A stretch of DNA of 64,000 nt from Balanoglossus misakiensis (Eukaryota; Animalia; Hemichordata). The DNA is taken from positions 6,127,705-6,191,704 of the forward strand of contig CM082587.2 in the NCBI GenBank assembly GCA_040954595.2. Reading direction: 5' to 3'. The notes below the pieces were generated by a model. The model was not told where the DNA came from. It did not search any database and saw nothing but the letters and a program-made list of their open reading frames with translations. Shown here piece after piece: positions 23,921 to 37,896 of the stretch. The number at the start of each line of letters is the position of its first letter. Within the stretch, counting starts at the first letter, position 1. A program made the position numbers and the translations under genes.

Positions 23921-25450
23921 GTAACAATGGACTTAAGACAGCTGTGGCTTTCCATATTCCACGGACATTTCTTTCTTGATATCAATTAGCTTTAGGACAG
24001 GCAGAGTGGGCGTATGTGGGGGTGGCTGCGCTTTTCAATCAAGGCGATTTTCGCCGAAATGAAATCTAAAAAATGGAGTGGCAAGTGGGAGGAAATACCG
24101 CGATTGCCACCAGCAAACGACGTCGAAGATTGTCCGCATTTAAATATTATTCGGGGGGAAAAATCTTGATTTGCGTTCAGATCATATGAATATATTCACT
24201 GAATAATTGCATGTGTATACATAGTTTATTTTGTCTATATATTCCAGAACTGTCAATGTTTATCTCGTCTCTCCGTTGGCTGTCAAGCAAACTGTTTATT
24301 GGACTGACTGCCCTGCGCTTACGAGCTGCGTCTGTAATCTGCTCATTATGTTATTGATAATAAATAAGTAATATTATGATAATTATAATCGAAGACTGAA
24401 ATTATCCAGCGATTTCACTAGATAATCTCTCGAGGTCAACGCTCGAGGCTCGGCGCGGCGTATCTCCCTCCTTACAACCAGATCGAAAGAAAAAACAGAG
24501 CCACACACAAAGGCTGACAACGGTTTTCACGAATAATGCAAAAAAAATGAATGTCAGTCGCGCGTTGTACGTGACGAGAAGAAATATTGACAATGCGTGC
24601 AGGTCCACCGAGATTCATTAAGCGAGGTTTACGATGGAGAGACTATTATTTGCCACCTGGCGAAACTAAAAAACCCGTACTCCGCCTGGGAAAACTAAAT
24701 AGTTCGCGTATTTGGTAAAAAAAAAGAAATATTTGGAAATACACGTATATTTAAAATATAATATTAAATATGTTGTGACCAGCACTATCTCGTTTAGGGT
24801 AGATAACCTCACAATATCAACATTTTATTTCCCACATGAAACATAGCAGATATTGATGAGTCCAGACATAACAAATCAGGAAAAACACAGTACAATGGGA
24901 CACCACACAACCAAACAGATCATGACACTGCACAAGACCACAAAGCATTGATCAATACGTCGTTTAGTGTTTTTGACCCATTCATTTATAGCTACACAGC
25001 TAAAACGTCAACTACATAAACACACAATGTGCAACCAGAATATAATGCATGTTTACATACCACCGGAATAATTTGAATCGGATCCGTATTCGAGTTCAGT
25101 GTCGCCATAAATTTGGCATTTTCCCCTGGGACGACCAGGTAATCCAGTTTCGCAGTGTAAAATAACATATTTTTTTCTAATCAATAATTAAGACATGGCT
25201 AGATAATTTTCTGTGGACTTATCTGTTAGACCGTCACTGCGTCTAATTTGAAACCCACACAAGGCGTTACCTTGGTTATTAGAGATTGATTACTCGTATT
25301 TTAATTTCCTGTGAAGACAGCAGAGATCTCACTTAGATCTGCGAGGAGCTATTTGACAGCGTTTTACTAATAAACAGGCTTCTTTGGCCCATTCATATTA
25401 TCTACCTGTCTGCTTGTGTATGTCTGAGTGCGTGCATGCGCGTGTGTAAT

Positions 25451-25696
25451 TATGTATGTATGTATGTATGTATGTATGTATGTATGTATGTATGTATGTA
25501 TGTATGTATGTATGTATGTATGTATGTATGTATGTATGTATGTATGTATGTATGTATGTATGTATGTATGTATGTATGTATGTATGTATGTATGTATGTA
25601 TGTATGTATGTATGTATGTATGTATGTATGTATGTATGTATGTATGTACGTATGTATGTACGTATGTATGTACGTACGTACGTACGTACGTACGTA
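25451..25696. repeat. (TATG)n microsatellite ending in (TACG)n
   Basis: Direct tandem; source of the MYVC ORFs. Confidence 0.97.
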
Positions 25697-27389
25697 TTTG
25701 TATTTGACTAAATTAGTGATTTTACATCTGCTCTAGCTTACAACGAACACCACCGTTTTTACTAGAAATCCTAGGCGTCTCGGCCAGGGCAGCGCTTCTG
25801 TATCTGTGGCCCCTAGGGAAACATCTGATTAATTGATGATGCCGCCATTGCTGACAAAACTATGACGTGCATGCCCACTGAAGAACGCAATACAGTTACA
25901 TTCTGATAATACCATTCTGAAACTATTGACGCAATTACCCTTTTCTGACGAATTTTCTCACCAGCTCTGGAAGCCCTTGGATGAGAATAATAAGGGACAT
26001 TTCTCTTTCGCGTTTTTTTTTGTAAGTATGATGACGTCATGAAAATTTTAGACGTTTGTTCGCGATTCCATATAGTATTCGGGCTCTGCAAATGTGAAAG
26101 CGTCAGGAACACTCGCTCAAAGCATATACTTGACATTTTCAGGCATGTCTGAAATTTGTTATATGATACCAATCTTATGATGCTGATAAGGCAGTCATAG
26201 ATTCTAAGCATTTTATACGGGGGTGACCTTGTTGATAGGAAAAGATTGATCGCCCTGGACACGTCTTTGTGTATCTTGACGATATAACCGAAAGTTTTGT
26301 AAATAGGATGGCCCCCCCCCCCATGTTTTCGGACCAAACGTGATGAATGTAATTTAAAGAAAAACATGGCAAATTTTGTCTAGTTCGTAGCTAGTTTGCT
26401 ATCTGTGGCTGTAGAGTTTTGGTGAGTGGGCATCGCGGCCTGTCACGTGACCTCTTGCGGATACTGGTGGGTTTGGTTTTTCTTTCGTCGCAAGGCTTAT
26501 ATCTTGAAAATAAGTCTATGTATAGCCTAACATTTATGCAATAGCAGAGATTCTTTGGATTTAGGTCTCGGGGGGGGGGGGGGGAGCAAGCATCGGCGCC
26601 AGGAACTCCATCTCGACCGACTTTGTCCGAGGTGCCATTTGCGAGGGAAAGTAAAGCGGATTTTGTCCTGCGTGGGCCGACTTGCTTTTGTGGACCGTGG
26701 TATTCAGGGCTGCTGTCCTAAGGGTAACTATAATTTGCCAATCAACCGTTTCTTGTTGAAAACGCTCGATTTCTGGTGGGAATATGTCAAGAATCTCGCG
26801 GTGACGCAGACGCGGAACTGGTGTCACGGTTTCGATGACAACGTTAAGTATTTACGACAACGCTGTGAGCTTGAGGTTCCGGAAAAGGATCGGGAGTCTG
26901 ATCAAATGCGAGTATAAGTAATGCATGGGCCTTGTGGCACGGAACATAATCTAACTGCGGGCGCATCCGTCTAATTTGTGCTTACCCTGTCATGAGCGAC
27001 CCATTTTCATCGCTATTTGTTGAATTATTACTCGGTTCAACGGAGAGAGAGAGTGAGGTTTATCAAAATATTTGACAGTGAAACATCGCCGTTACTTCAA
27101 ATATACATAGTTTGATTACAGGGAAACCATGCCGCGTACGCAAATGCAGTAAACGTTTTACTGCACCTCCAGAGCACACACTGGGTGGGTTGCTAGGCAA
27201 CTGCTCGGCGACATATCGACGATTTCTCATCAAAAATCGCGAGAAAGCACCCGGTCGTCACGGGTTGGCAGCAATTGTATCCGCGGGAAATGGAAACGTT
27301 AGGCACTTGCTAACTAATAATTTGCGCACGAACTCAGGCTGAAAATCGTTGACCAATCGTTGACCAAGGCAATTAAAGGAGTAAGTGAC

Positions 27390-27414
27390 CATCATCATCA
27401 TCATCATCATCTTT

Positions 27415-27485
<71 letters not shown>
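27390..27485. repeat. (CAT)n microsatellite
   Basis: Tandem with one interruption; source of the poly-Met ORF. Confidence 0.96.
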
Positions 27486-28647
27486 TGATGTCAATTCCGC
27501 ATAATCACGACTCCAGCTTGACATGTCAAGCGCATGACTTTCCCTGGAGTATAAAGGTTTCACGTTTCAGATATCACCCCTTGGCGGTTTTCATTTCTGA
27601 TTTCCAGTCAGAGCAAACGATGACCTTGATAACGATACATGCAAGGAAGATTCTTGTTTGGCGATTCCAGCCCACGCCCCCCCCCTCCCCCACGCCCCCA
27701 ATCAGGCATCGACATGCCTCGATGCTTTCCTCCACTCGTGCAAGGCCGCGTGAGTGATTCCCGCCACGGTCAAATCTCTCAGTCGCGCACGATTTTTCAT
27801 ATTATTTTGTAAGGATGTACTTGTTCAGGCGTTTGCCTGTTTTATTTTTGTCAGTCGGTGAACGGTAGGTTACTGCTCGTCCCAAACCGACGCGCGCAAC
27901 TCATAAATACCGCGGCTCATAACGGTATCCGACACAAACTAGAGGCTGGAACTGACATCTTTGTGCCTCGGGATTCAATTTGTTGAGACCTGCCCTCCGC
28001 TATATCGACCAGGTGCCAAAGACATAAATTCATGAATCTTTGCGCCTCAAAAAATCGATTTAATGACCTGACGCTTCCCATAAATTTATATATCTCTGAC
28101 ATTCGACTTACTAATAGCGGAAAAGATTGCCACGAGGAAGTAACTAATGGACATCATTCTAGCTGACGCGTGACGTATGGTTCGTGCATCTTGGTGACCT
28201 CACTTTGACCCCTCTGCATCATATTCAACAGTTTATGAGAAAGCTGAATCCGTGCGAAACCCGCATTGCAGGGACCATGCCATCGCCAAAGATTCTTAAC
28301 ATCTATCGTCACTTGAAGACAGATGCACTACGTTGTTTAAATTTAATCAATGCTAAAACGTGCTTCGGACATTACCACTTTACTTAATGACATCTGCTAA
28401 AACAGTAAATGTATTCGTCTCGGCTGCCGAGTTCAGGAGATTCACAACGTCAGTCTCTTGGGACTTGGTGTGGTGCCAATTAAAAACTTAAGAAGAAAAT
28501 AAAATAGCCCCCCCCCCCCTCGCCGGGCAAATCGGGGATGGGTGGTGGGCGGACTGGATATCTCATTTCCATAGTTTGCCATTTTAATATTTTATCTCGT
28601 CACCTCGTTCGCATTTCAATGTCTCATAGTGTCACACAGATAAGCTT

Positions 28648-28878
<231 letters not shown>

Positions 28879-31261
28879 CAGTCAGTTCTAGCATTCTTTT
28901 TTCCCCGTACATTAGTAATACCTGTCTTGGTGAACACCACGGGGTATAAAGCTGTGTCATTAACTTCAGTGTAAAGAATACATGGATAGACGTCAAATCG
29001 AACGAATGTGCGTAAATCCGGAAAGATAAAAACGCCCAAATGGAAATATTGCAAACGGACTCAAAAGCTGATTTCTGTGACGCGGGTGACAGTTTTTATT
29101 TTTTTACTTTGGGGACAAAGAGATTCAGCCGTGACTGTTTCTATGGTAACGGCCGAGATCACTTGAATTCTTCATGAAATCGGTTACAAAAATATGATTG
29201 TATTCCGCGTGAGAAATCGTTAAATCTACTTTAAGACGATTACATTTCTAACATCGCACCGAGCAAATTCATGAATGTCTAATAGCACAATCATCGGGTG
29301 AAACACATACAGTCCTTTGCAGCGTTTATATAGGGGACACACCGGCATCTCAACAGTCAACGCAGCACATGAACATGGGGGCAGATCAAAATGGACAACT
29401 TATTTTCATCAGAAACGAAAATCACCAGCAAGACGGCCTCATTTGTATTATTTTCAATCAGAAGAATTGTTTTCTGCCGACATCAATGTGACCATGAGTC
29501 TTCCAGTACTTTTGCATTGTGGGTGAATGCATGTAATTCGTCGTACTCGCGGCCTTCCGGGGGCGGTTCATTTCAATTTCGAGCGCGTTCGAGTTCGCCA
29601 AAAAAACTTACAGAACCGTGTTTTTTTCTATAGAATTTTTATATGCCCTTGAAATAAACCGCACAGAGCGAGTCCCAAAGCAAGCCGTGTAGGGAAAATA
29701 CTAAAAAAATGATAATCCATCTTAACTCAACGTGGAGATTTCTGATTGCAGCAACATGTTCTTTGTATATCTAGGCATTTCTCTGAAGAGACAACAGAGG
29801 TCATAGAAAATACAAGGCCAGTTACACTGACATCAGCGGCTGACCCAAAATCGAACGCGGGGGGGGGGGATTTGATCTTGGCACGACGCTGTGACATGAC
29901 ACGTCGCTGATGATGGTGATGATGACTCCCGCGCGATCCCAATAAATTGCCTTAATCCCGTATTTCCATGCGAGTAATTATCAAATTCCACACAGGAAAT
30001 TTATCTTGTGATTAGCAACGTAAATAGGCAGCAGGACCGTGTAATGATCAAATTAAGCGTAAAAATAGTGTCAGTTGTGAAGACTGGCGCTGTCATCACG
30101 AATCCACTCGCCATATTCATGCATATCAAAATTCGTCCGTACTCTACGCCTATTTTTTTCAAATGAAAATAATAATGGAGACGATGGAATTACCGTGCAC
30201 TGCAGTCGTCTCACATCTTCGACATGTTGAAATTTTAATAAGACTTTGAATGGATTGCACAGACAATGCACTTTGTATGATGGGTGTCACCAGTTGGTGT
30301 ATTGATATATTGTGACTCGCGGTTTCTCTCTGCTTAATATTAGATGTAATTATTGTCGGATCGGGTATTCGATTTCAGAATATCGATGATCTATAACGCA
30401 GCTTTCGTATCGTGTTTCGAAGGTGCCGTTTCCCGTATTATAAGCCTTCTCAAATCGAGTGATTGAGATCCTCTCATATACTCGAGGATTTCGACCGACA
30501 GTAAGTGCAGTCTATATTTCAACTCGAAGCGAATGAGTGGTTATGCGCATATACCTGGCAGACCGTGTTTTGAGTTGAAATAGACGTCCTGCCGCATGTG
30601 TGGTAACCATGGCGACGAGCCCTGCCCCGGAAAAATGCTATGCGAGAACACCGTCAAAGAATCAGTCAAAACTGACAAAGGTAAACCACGGTCACTCGTG
30701 ACCGTAGGTCAACACAAGGAAAAAACGTAATCTGTGGCTAAGCTACGCGGAATCCAGTTCTGAACACCGGTGTCGGACGTTAGCTGGTGGCAGTAAAAGT
30801 CGAGGAAAGTGTGCCACTTCGGACCATAAACAGACTTGATTTGTGAAAAGGGGGAAACGAACCGGGCAGGGTCGTTCGGTAACAGCCAACTTGTTTAATT
30901 GTCCCAGACAGCCAAATTAGCGGCAATTTAGACAACGATACGCCGAGTCGATTTTGGATGGCAGGTATCTGAGATTCTAAAGTGTTTTCCGTCTGTTGTC
31001 ACCTTCTAAAGAAATTTGATACCGAATTTCTGTGACTCACGGTCTCTACGCCCACAAAACAAGTACAGGTTGCCTATGTCATCTGAATAAAGTATCCAGG
31101 GACATTTCAGTGTAAATGTCTCTGCTTCATTCCACCCGTCACAGAATAACAAGTAAATGTCATTCCCCTCTGTGTAGACAATTATATAACCAACTGTCTT
31201 CTCTAACTCCATACAAACACTTTCTTAGTAAGCTTGTGAATACGGTAGCTTTTTTACTCAC

Positions 31262-31850
31262 CTTGCTTTTGTCGCTATGGCGGTGACACGTTTGCTGGCA
31301 AAGTCGCTGCTGATGGAAGGTCGTTGCAACTCCCTGGGCGCGACGAAGAGAAAATAAATAAATAAACACTGAACTATTTAGACGTATTTTCCCGCGTCTT
31401 GTGGCGTGACCTACATGTCTGTTTCGGCCCAGCGATGAAGCAACCTGTTTCGCGGTCAGTGCCGGGGACCGACACCCTTTATCTAGTCTCGGTAGTCAGA
31501 CACAGCGTCGTCCCAGCGCTCGTCTCTCGGCAACTGCGATGCAAATCTTCCAGCGGCGAGTTAAGGAACCACGGGCGGCGAAAATCCGGAAAGGGAGGTG
31601 CGGGTTAACTTGTCTAGCGGTAGCCGTCGACGTCGGAAGCGAAAAAACTGTCAATGCAGACGTCTAAATGGGGGAAGAGTAGCTTAGCACTCAAACTGAG
31701 CCGCGGAGGCCAACGAAGCGACTCGCTGAAGCAGAACACGTTCGCAGTATTTGCATTTCAATAATCATGAATAGGCCAGGTGGGGACTGCACTAGCGGGG
31801 AGGCGCGACCGGCGATTGGTTAAAATACGAGGCACCGACGGCCAATTTCG
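31262..31850 (-). promoter_or_regulatory. Candidate synaptotagmin non-coding first exon and promoter
   Basis: Consensus donor AAG|GTGAGT at 31261 on the minus strand, a CpG-rich stretch at 31390-31850, and CCAAT/ATTGG boxes near 31816 and 31842. The first coding exon has an upstream acceptor, so a 5' exon is required somewhere. Inference only. Confidence 0.4.
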
Positions 31851-32876
31851 CACCGCAAACCAAATACAGCTTACACAGAACAGATTTAGTTGGTGTTCCG
31901 TATCATGGAGGCGGCGAAACTAACTGGAAACAGCAGGGATATTCACACACGTTTGAACAAGGACACCCCTATTTCGATTGCACTGAATGGTTTCGTCTGG
32001 ACACACCTATGGTGAACGGCCTGGCCTTTTCGTCCCACAGTTTACAACCGGTTCCGTTGAAAAGCTTCTGTAAACAAAACGTCACACCTTTAAGCCAAAG
32101 TTAAAAAAAACGTAATCGTTTCCCATTACTGACTGATGCGGTTCAGACGATTTATTTTCATATAAAAGGGATATTAGCTGTAACTTTTGGCCATTTTTTC
32201 TGCGATTTGTTCGCTTCTTGTCTGACCTGCCCAGCACTTAGTATTGTTCTTGTCAACATTAAATGTATGTTATTACGTGTTCGTAACGACCATTGTATTG
32301 TTGACTAATGAGTTCTTAGAAGAACTTGAATTCAATGTTTAACAATATAACAATGCTGACTTTGCAGACTGTATTGAAAAGCTAAATACTGCTTAAATTT
32401 TGAGCATTTCATCCTGTTTCAGGGATTAAAACCAGAGTGATAGGGGGCGCTGTAGTAGTAGTATGGGTAATGGAGATGCAGTCAGAAGTCAGATAAATCT
32501 TATGCCCGTGCAGAATACCAACGATCTAAAATAGAAACTTGATATATATATGGACGTGAAATCACGGTCCTCCGTCGTCATCCAATCGTTCCGCCATGAC
32601 ATTATAGGAACATTATAGGCGAACAGTCAAAATATCGCTGTGTAACAAGATGTTAAATATAGCAAGCTATGTCGGGCGCCATCAATGATTTATGTACAGT
32701 GAAGGTTCGGGGGTGATAAAACTAACACGAATCACCGGAAAGATGTCTTTCTACAAGATCTGTCTTCGGTAAGTATGTGCTTCAGGTCAGATTACCACAC
32801 CTGCTTCAGAAGTCCGCTTCCATTCGTACATTCGTGCTAAACATTTCGAGACGTACATCAGAACAAGAGATGTGTG

Positions 32877-33276
<400 letters not shown>

Positions 33277-33603
33277 CGTGCGTCTGTAGGCTACTTACGT
33301 ACGGACGGACGGACGAGCGGTCATAGTTGCGTCTAAAGGTCCCCAGACTTCGTCTGCGGGGACTAAACATGAGTGGGCAGCATTCGAACAGTCGCCTCCA
33401 TTTTTGGAGAGCCCCTGACCCAACGACCTTTCTTCCCGGCGTTCACAGGCCGCTCCCAGGTCCTCAATGTCTGTGCAAAGACTGAGCTGAGGTGTGGCGC
33501 AACCTGCATTATAACACGTCTTGCTTGGACGCCCGTGTCCGCTGACAGTGGCGCCGAAACACTCGACAAATTTTCACGTTTAGGTGTGCATGTGCACTGT
33601 CCT

Positions 33604-33613
33604 GATATATAAG
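33604..33613 (+). promoter_or_regulatory. TATA-like box upstream of CAP gene
   Basis: GATATATAAG about 75 bp upstream of the proposed ATG at 33686 (context GCCATG). Confidence 0.45.
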
Positions 33614-33685
33614 TTTCACCGGAGTCTGACATCTCATAACCTACTTCAGTGAATTATTAATTCGGCAACGACTGAGATATTAGCC

Positions 33686-35729
33686 ATGTCAGGTAAGCTG
33701 AAGGCAAGCCATTGTTGTACGATACGCTGTATTTTGACTTGTGGTATGCAATACCAGTCGTCCGGTTCTCTCTTAATCTGCGGTCAGAACCCAAAGTGCG
33801 CAAGTTTGATTTTTAAGCGTTAAGCTACGCCGAACCACAATTACACGAATACCGCAAGAACATAACACGATAAGGAAGTACGTGTAGCAGGCCGTGATCA
33901 TTAGGAAACAACGACCCCGGGAGGCGACAGTGAATAACTTTTGACCTTTTTCGCTAGTTTGAGTTTAGAGTTACGCATTTCATGGCAGCGGATTTCTAAT
34001 CTCGACTGACATTTAAATGTCATTCGAATGTGGAGGTAACGTGAAGTCGTGATCGAGAGTTTAATTCTGGAACGGAACACCTGAGCGATTTTAACGGCGA
34101 GACGAATTTTCAGCGTTGTCACGTGATTACCGACTCGAGATGATTTATTGGGGCACGGGCCCACACCTCCCGGTGGTTTTTCTATAGCGAGCGGTTCTTC
34201 AACTCTGTGTCGTTTTATAACCTCGTATAATAGCATTAAAGCTGCACTGCCTGTAACCTTCGGCTATTTATTTTTCAACATAAAGTTGTGCTTTTACCAT
34301 AGACCCTAGAGTCTATGCTTTTACTGAGAACGATCCGATCCATTCTTCTAACCCATTCCACGCCAAATGACCTTCAACACTACAAGTTAGCATATTTTTT
34401 GTTGGTTCAATATCTTTCGGGCATAAAATATGATCGGCGAATGTACTGGAATGAAAAGGGATCTCCGTGGGATGTCCGGAACAGAAATCTAGCCCACAGG
34501 CCGGAACGAGAGTAGACATATTATCGGTTTTAGTCACTCTCGTGATGTAGTTTCGACATGGAAACACGTCACGAATCTAAGAGGTTGAATAAATGAATCT
34601 ATAATTTTACAAACAAACGAATAAGTTATCGATAACGTTCGTGTAGGCCTAATGTTAACACCTTGAATTTCGAGGGTTTTGAATACTGAACAGGTGTCCG
34701 CATTTTTTATCAACAGAGGACGCTTTTCAAGATGACTGCGTTGCTGCCCACAACCGGTACAGAAAGCTGCATGGTGTACCCGAGTTGTCGGTGACCGAAG
34801 AGCTTACCGCCACGGCTCAGCTGTGGGCCGACCGTGTCGCCGAGAGAGGATACCTGCAAAACAGCGATAACGTTTGTAAGTCTGCAGAGGGTGCCTCTCT
34901 GTGCTTGGTCTGTTATGAGTCGTGATAATTAAAGGCCGGTGATTGTCTTATGCGTAAGTTCGTGTATACATACACCGCCACCAGTCCAAAAGTCCTGAAA
35001 ATTTTGCGTTCGACGCATTCAAGTAGTGGCCTGCCTTCATGAATTAGGCACCAGTCAACGCATCGTTTTCATTTCGGGGGGGGGGGGGGGATTCTAGGTC
35101 TGCGCATGACCGACTATGTGTGACGCATGACCCTCAGCGTGATGGGGTAATGGAACTCACTATTGGATATAGGCAGTCAGGAATACGAGAAAAGATGTGG
35201 CATGCTGAAGACGTGAGCGACCGACCGACCGACCGTCTGTACTATATATACAAACGATAGAAAGCGCCCTAACACGATAACGACGGTTAAAAGACGTCAA
35301 TAGCAATGATATCGCCCTCTATAATCTCTTCCAGTAATCGGTGAAAACATCCTCTTGGCGGAGGAGGACATTGGTGGCGAGGAACTGACTGACTTGTGGT
35401 ACGGAGAGGAAGATCGGTATGACTACGACGAAGCAAAATGGAATAGAGGTAAAAATTGTGTCACAGATTCTGTCGTACAGCAAACTTTGCATTCAAAACA
35501 TCCGAGACACATACACTACCGATAATTTTACAATTCATTGGATGTTTCTATTTACGGTACAGATTGCAGACATTTCACGCAAATGATCTGGAAGTCGTGC
35601 ACAGACATCGGCGTTGCCAAGGCCAGGATCGGCGATGACGGAAAATTCATCATGGTCGTCCACTATAAACCTTGTGGCAACAGCAATGCCCGGGGAGAGT
35701 TCAAGAAAAATGTCGTGCCAAAGAAATAA
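33686..35729 (+). CDS. GLIPR2-like: CAP/SCP domain protein, GAPR-1 (GLIPR2)-like, about 148 aa, 4 coding exons
   Basis: Exons 33686-33692 (ATGTCAG|gtaagc), 34717-34875, 35335-35448 and 35563-35729. All introns are phase 1 GT-AG, total 447 nt. Motifs: AHNRYRKLHGVPEL, AQLWAD, GENI, WYGEE...YDY, HFTQMIWKSCTDIGVA, VVHYKPCGN. The first exon is less certain than the last three. Confidence 0.88.
34298..34317. mobile_element. 20-bp palindromic DNA-transposon remnant/footprint with perfect 7-bp TSD
   Basis: CATAGACCCTAGAGTCTATG flanked on both sides by CTTTTAC (34291-34297 and 34318-34324). Confidence 0.7.
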
Positions 35730-37006
35730 CCCGCCAAAACGTCCAATTTCCATCTTTTTTGAAATTTTTGTATACAGCGCCTTCTTTCATTGACAACGAC
35801 ACTGAAATAGGGTATGCGTACAAGCTTAGGTATACTATGCTAAATGGATTACGCCTATTTTTATACACTCGACGTAGTTAGATAATGTGTTTTAATTATC
35901 ATTACGGGTTGCTAGCCGCCAAGAAAGTGTCAAGCTTTTTATGAGACTAGAATAGCTGTAGAATTTAACAAAATTTGTAACTTTTGTTGCCGTTTAACGC
36001 GATCGACCATGTCTTGTTTGTCCTGTGGCACGCGGGAATGTCCCCCCCCCCCATAAACTACAAAGCCACGCGAGATCTCGTAGAGCTCGGAATATGGTCT
36101 ATTGTAAGATGTGCTCCGCCTCAACCCATACTGGGAATTCATCTAAAATGACAATACAAGTACAATGGGATGTTTACATGTTAAAACCATAATTGTTTAA
36201 TAATAACTTTCATTAAGAACGAAAACGATCAAAACAAAATATAATATGACCAATAACATAACATAAGGAAATAAAACGATATAGCTCTCATTCATTTATA
36301 CAAAATGAAAAAAACAACAACAAAACCTGAAGACTGAAATTTAAAAGATCATTATAGCACCATCAAATGAAATCAGTGTGACATGGTTCTAAAATAAACC
36401 AAATAAACATTTAAAGTCTGTCGATAGACACGTCTCAATCATAAACAAGAAAACTATTAGCCATCAATATTGTCTGTGTGTCTGTGGGAGGGATAAAGAA
36501 GTCAAGTAGCGGCAATTACTCCTACGCATGCGTGTGTCCATATAGCGGCGTGAATGGTGAACCTTGGAGGTAGGGTGACCGAGTGAATTCGAAACGGCAT
36601 CTCGTGCAGATCAAAGGACGCGCAATGATAATAACTTGTCACGATATAAAAAAGTCCACGCATACGAAATTAAGGCAGTGATCGATAACCGGTTTCAAGA
36701 TTCCGGCAATATGAGACTTTTGCAATACAAATCATAATTTTGCGAATTCGTCTGTCAGGGTATTATCACGTAATTAATGTAATTACATGGATAGTAAATC
36801 TTCATGTAAGCACAAAAAAACACGACAAAAATGCTGAACGATTTCAGAAGTGTAAATCTAGACTTTATAACGTCATTAATGACGTACGCTAGTCGAGTTT
36901 TCCTGACTGTTACCGTGGATACGCCTATAGCAAAACGTACAAGCCCGCACAAATAATGTTTAGCCGTGTAATAGGCTTGGTGATTGGCAAATGGCGACAC
37001 AGCTTT

Positions 37007-37011
<5 letters not shown>

Positions 37012-37047
<36 letters not shown>

Positions 37048-37089
37048 GAGAGAGACATAGAGAGAGAGACACACACAGAGAGACAGAGA
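37012..37089. repeat. (GA)n-rich microsatellite
   Basis: Imperfect GA/CA dinucleotide tract. Confidence 0.9.
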
Positions 37090-37896
37090 CCGGACAAACA
37101 CACAATTGTAAGGCTGAAATATAATAATTTCAGTGGAAAATGCATAACTATATCCATGAATATAACTAGATGGTAAGAATTTGGGGAAATGTGTTGATCC
37201 ATACAGATCAATTGTGACAATGTTGTTCAGAAATCAGGAGTGTCTTACGAACAAACATTATATATGTGGGCTTCAAAAGCACCTTCAAATGCAGCAGCTA
37301 AATATGGCAACAAACTCATACATCTTATACCATAAAGGTACAGCTTAAAGATGAAAACATTTTCAATAATAAAAAATTCAATTAACTTTGAAATACTGAG
37401 TACTTTATTTAATTTCAAGTTTTAAATCGGATGGGTTTTAATTTCATGGCTTAATCAAGGCCAGAACAATACATACAACGCTCATAAAATTATACGCATG
37501 TTAGCCACACCAGGAAGTCGGCCATTTTGTTTGAAAAATCCGCCGATTACCGACAGAGGCTCTACTTTCTTAACATTATGAAATATATACAGTCTCATAG
37601 ATAGGAATTGTACTTTATAATATTTTTTATACTTTTGTATTTGGTTTTGAGTTCTTGAATTCGGGTGAGTTTACGGTAAAACACTGGACATGTGTCGTAT
37701 TATTTCAGATGGGATGCGAGGATCTTTGGTAATGACTTAGATAATCTACACAAATAAGTTTAGTAGGGGTATGGTTCTAAATTACCACATCACTCCCGAG
37801 GTGACTGACTTCATATCAAGGGCAGGAGTCAACAGGGAGTAAACGCGAATAATAATTTTGTCACCATCCATCCTCGTACAACCGCAGGGGGATTGG

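Larger units (their letters stand above)
21858..23956. mobile_element. Non-autonomous foldback-type DNA transposon with long minisatellite-bearing TIRs and 6-bp TSD
   Basis: Left arm 21858-22209 (TATGGAAAGCCACAGCTGTC...CCGTCAAAGAGGGCGT) is the reverse complement of right arm 23356-23956. Direct repeat TTCCAC at 21852-21857 and 23957-23962. No transposase ORF seen. Confidence 0.85.

Noticed and set aside
21758-23989. Repetitive ORFs (HTSLYD, RIMMY) and a CRISPR-like appearance
   Set aside because: Contiguous 21-bp minisatellite units with no unique spacers and no cas genes; they are part of transposon TIRs in a eukaryotic intron.
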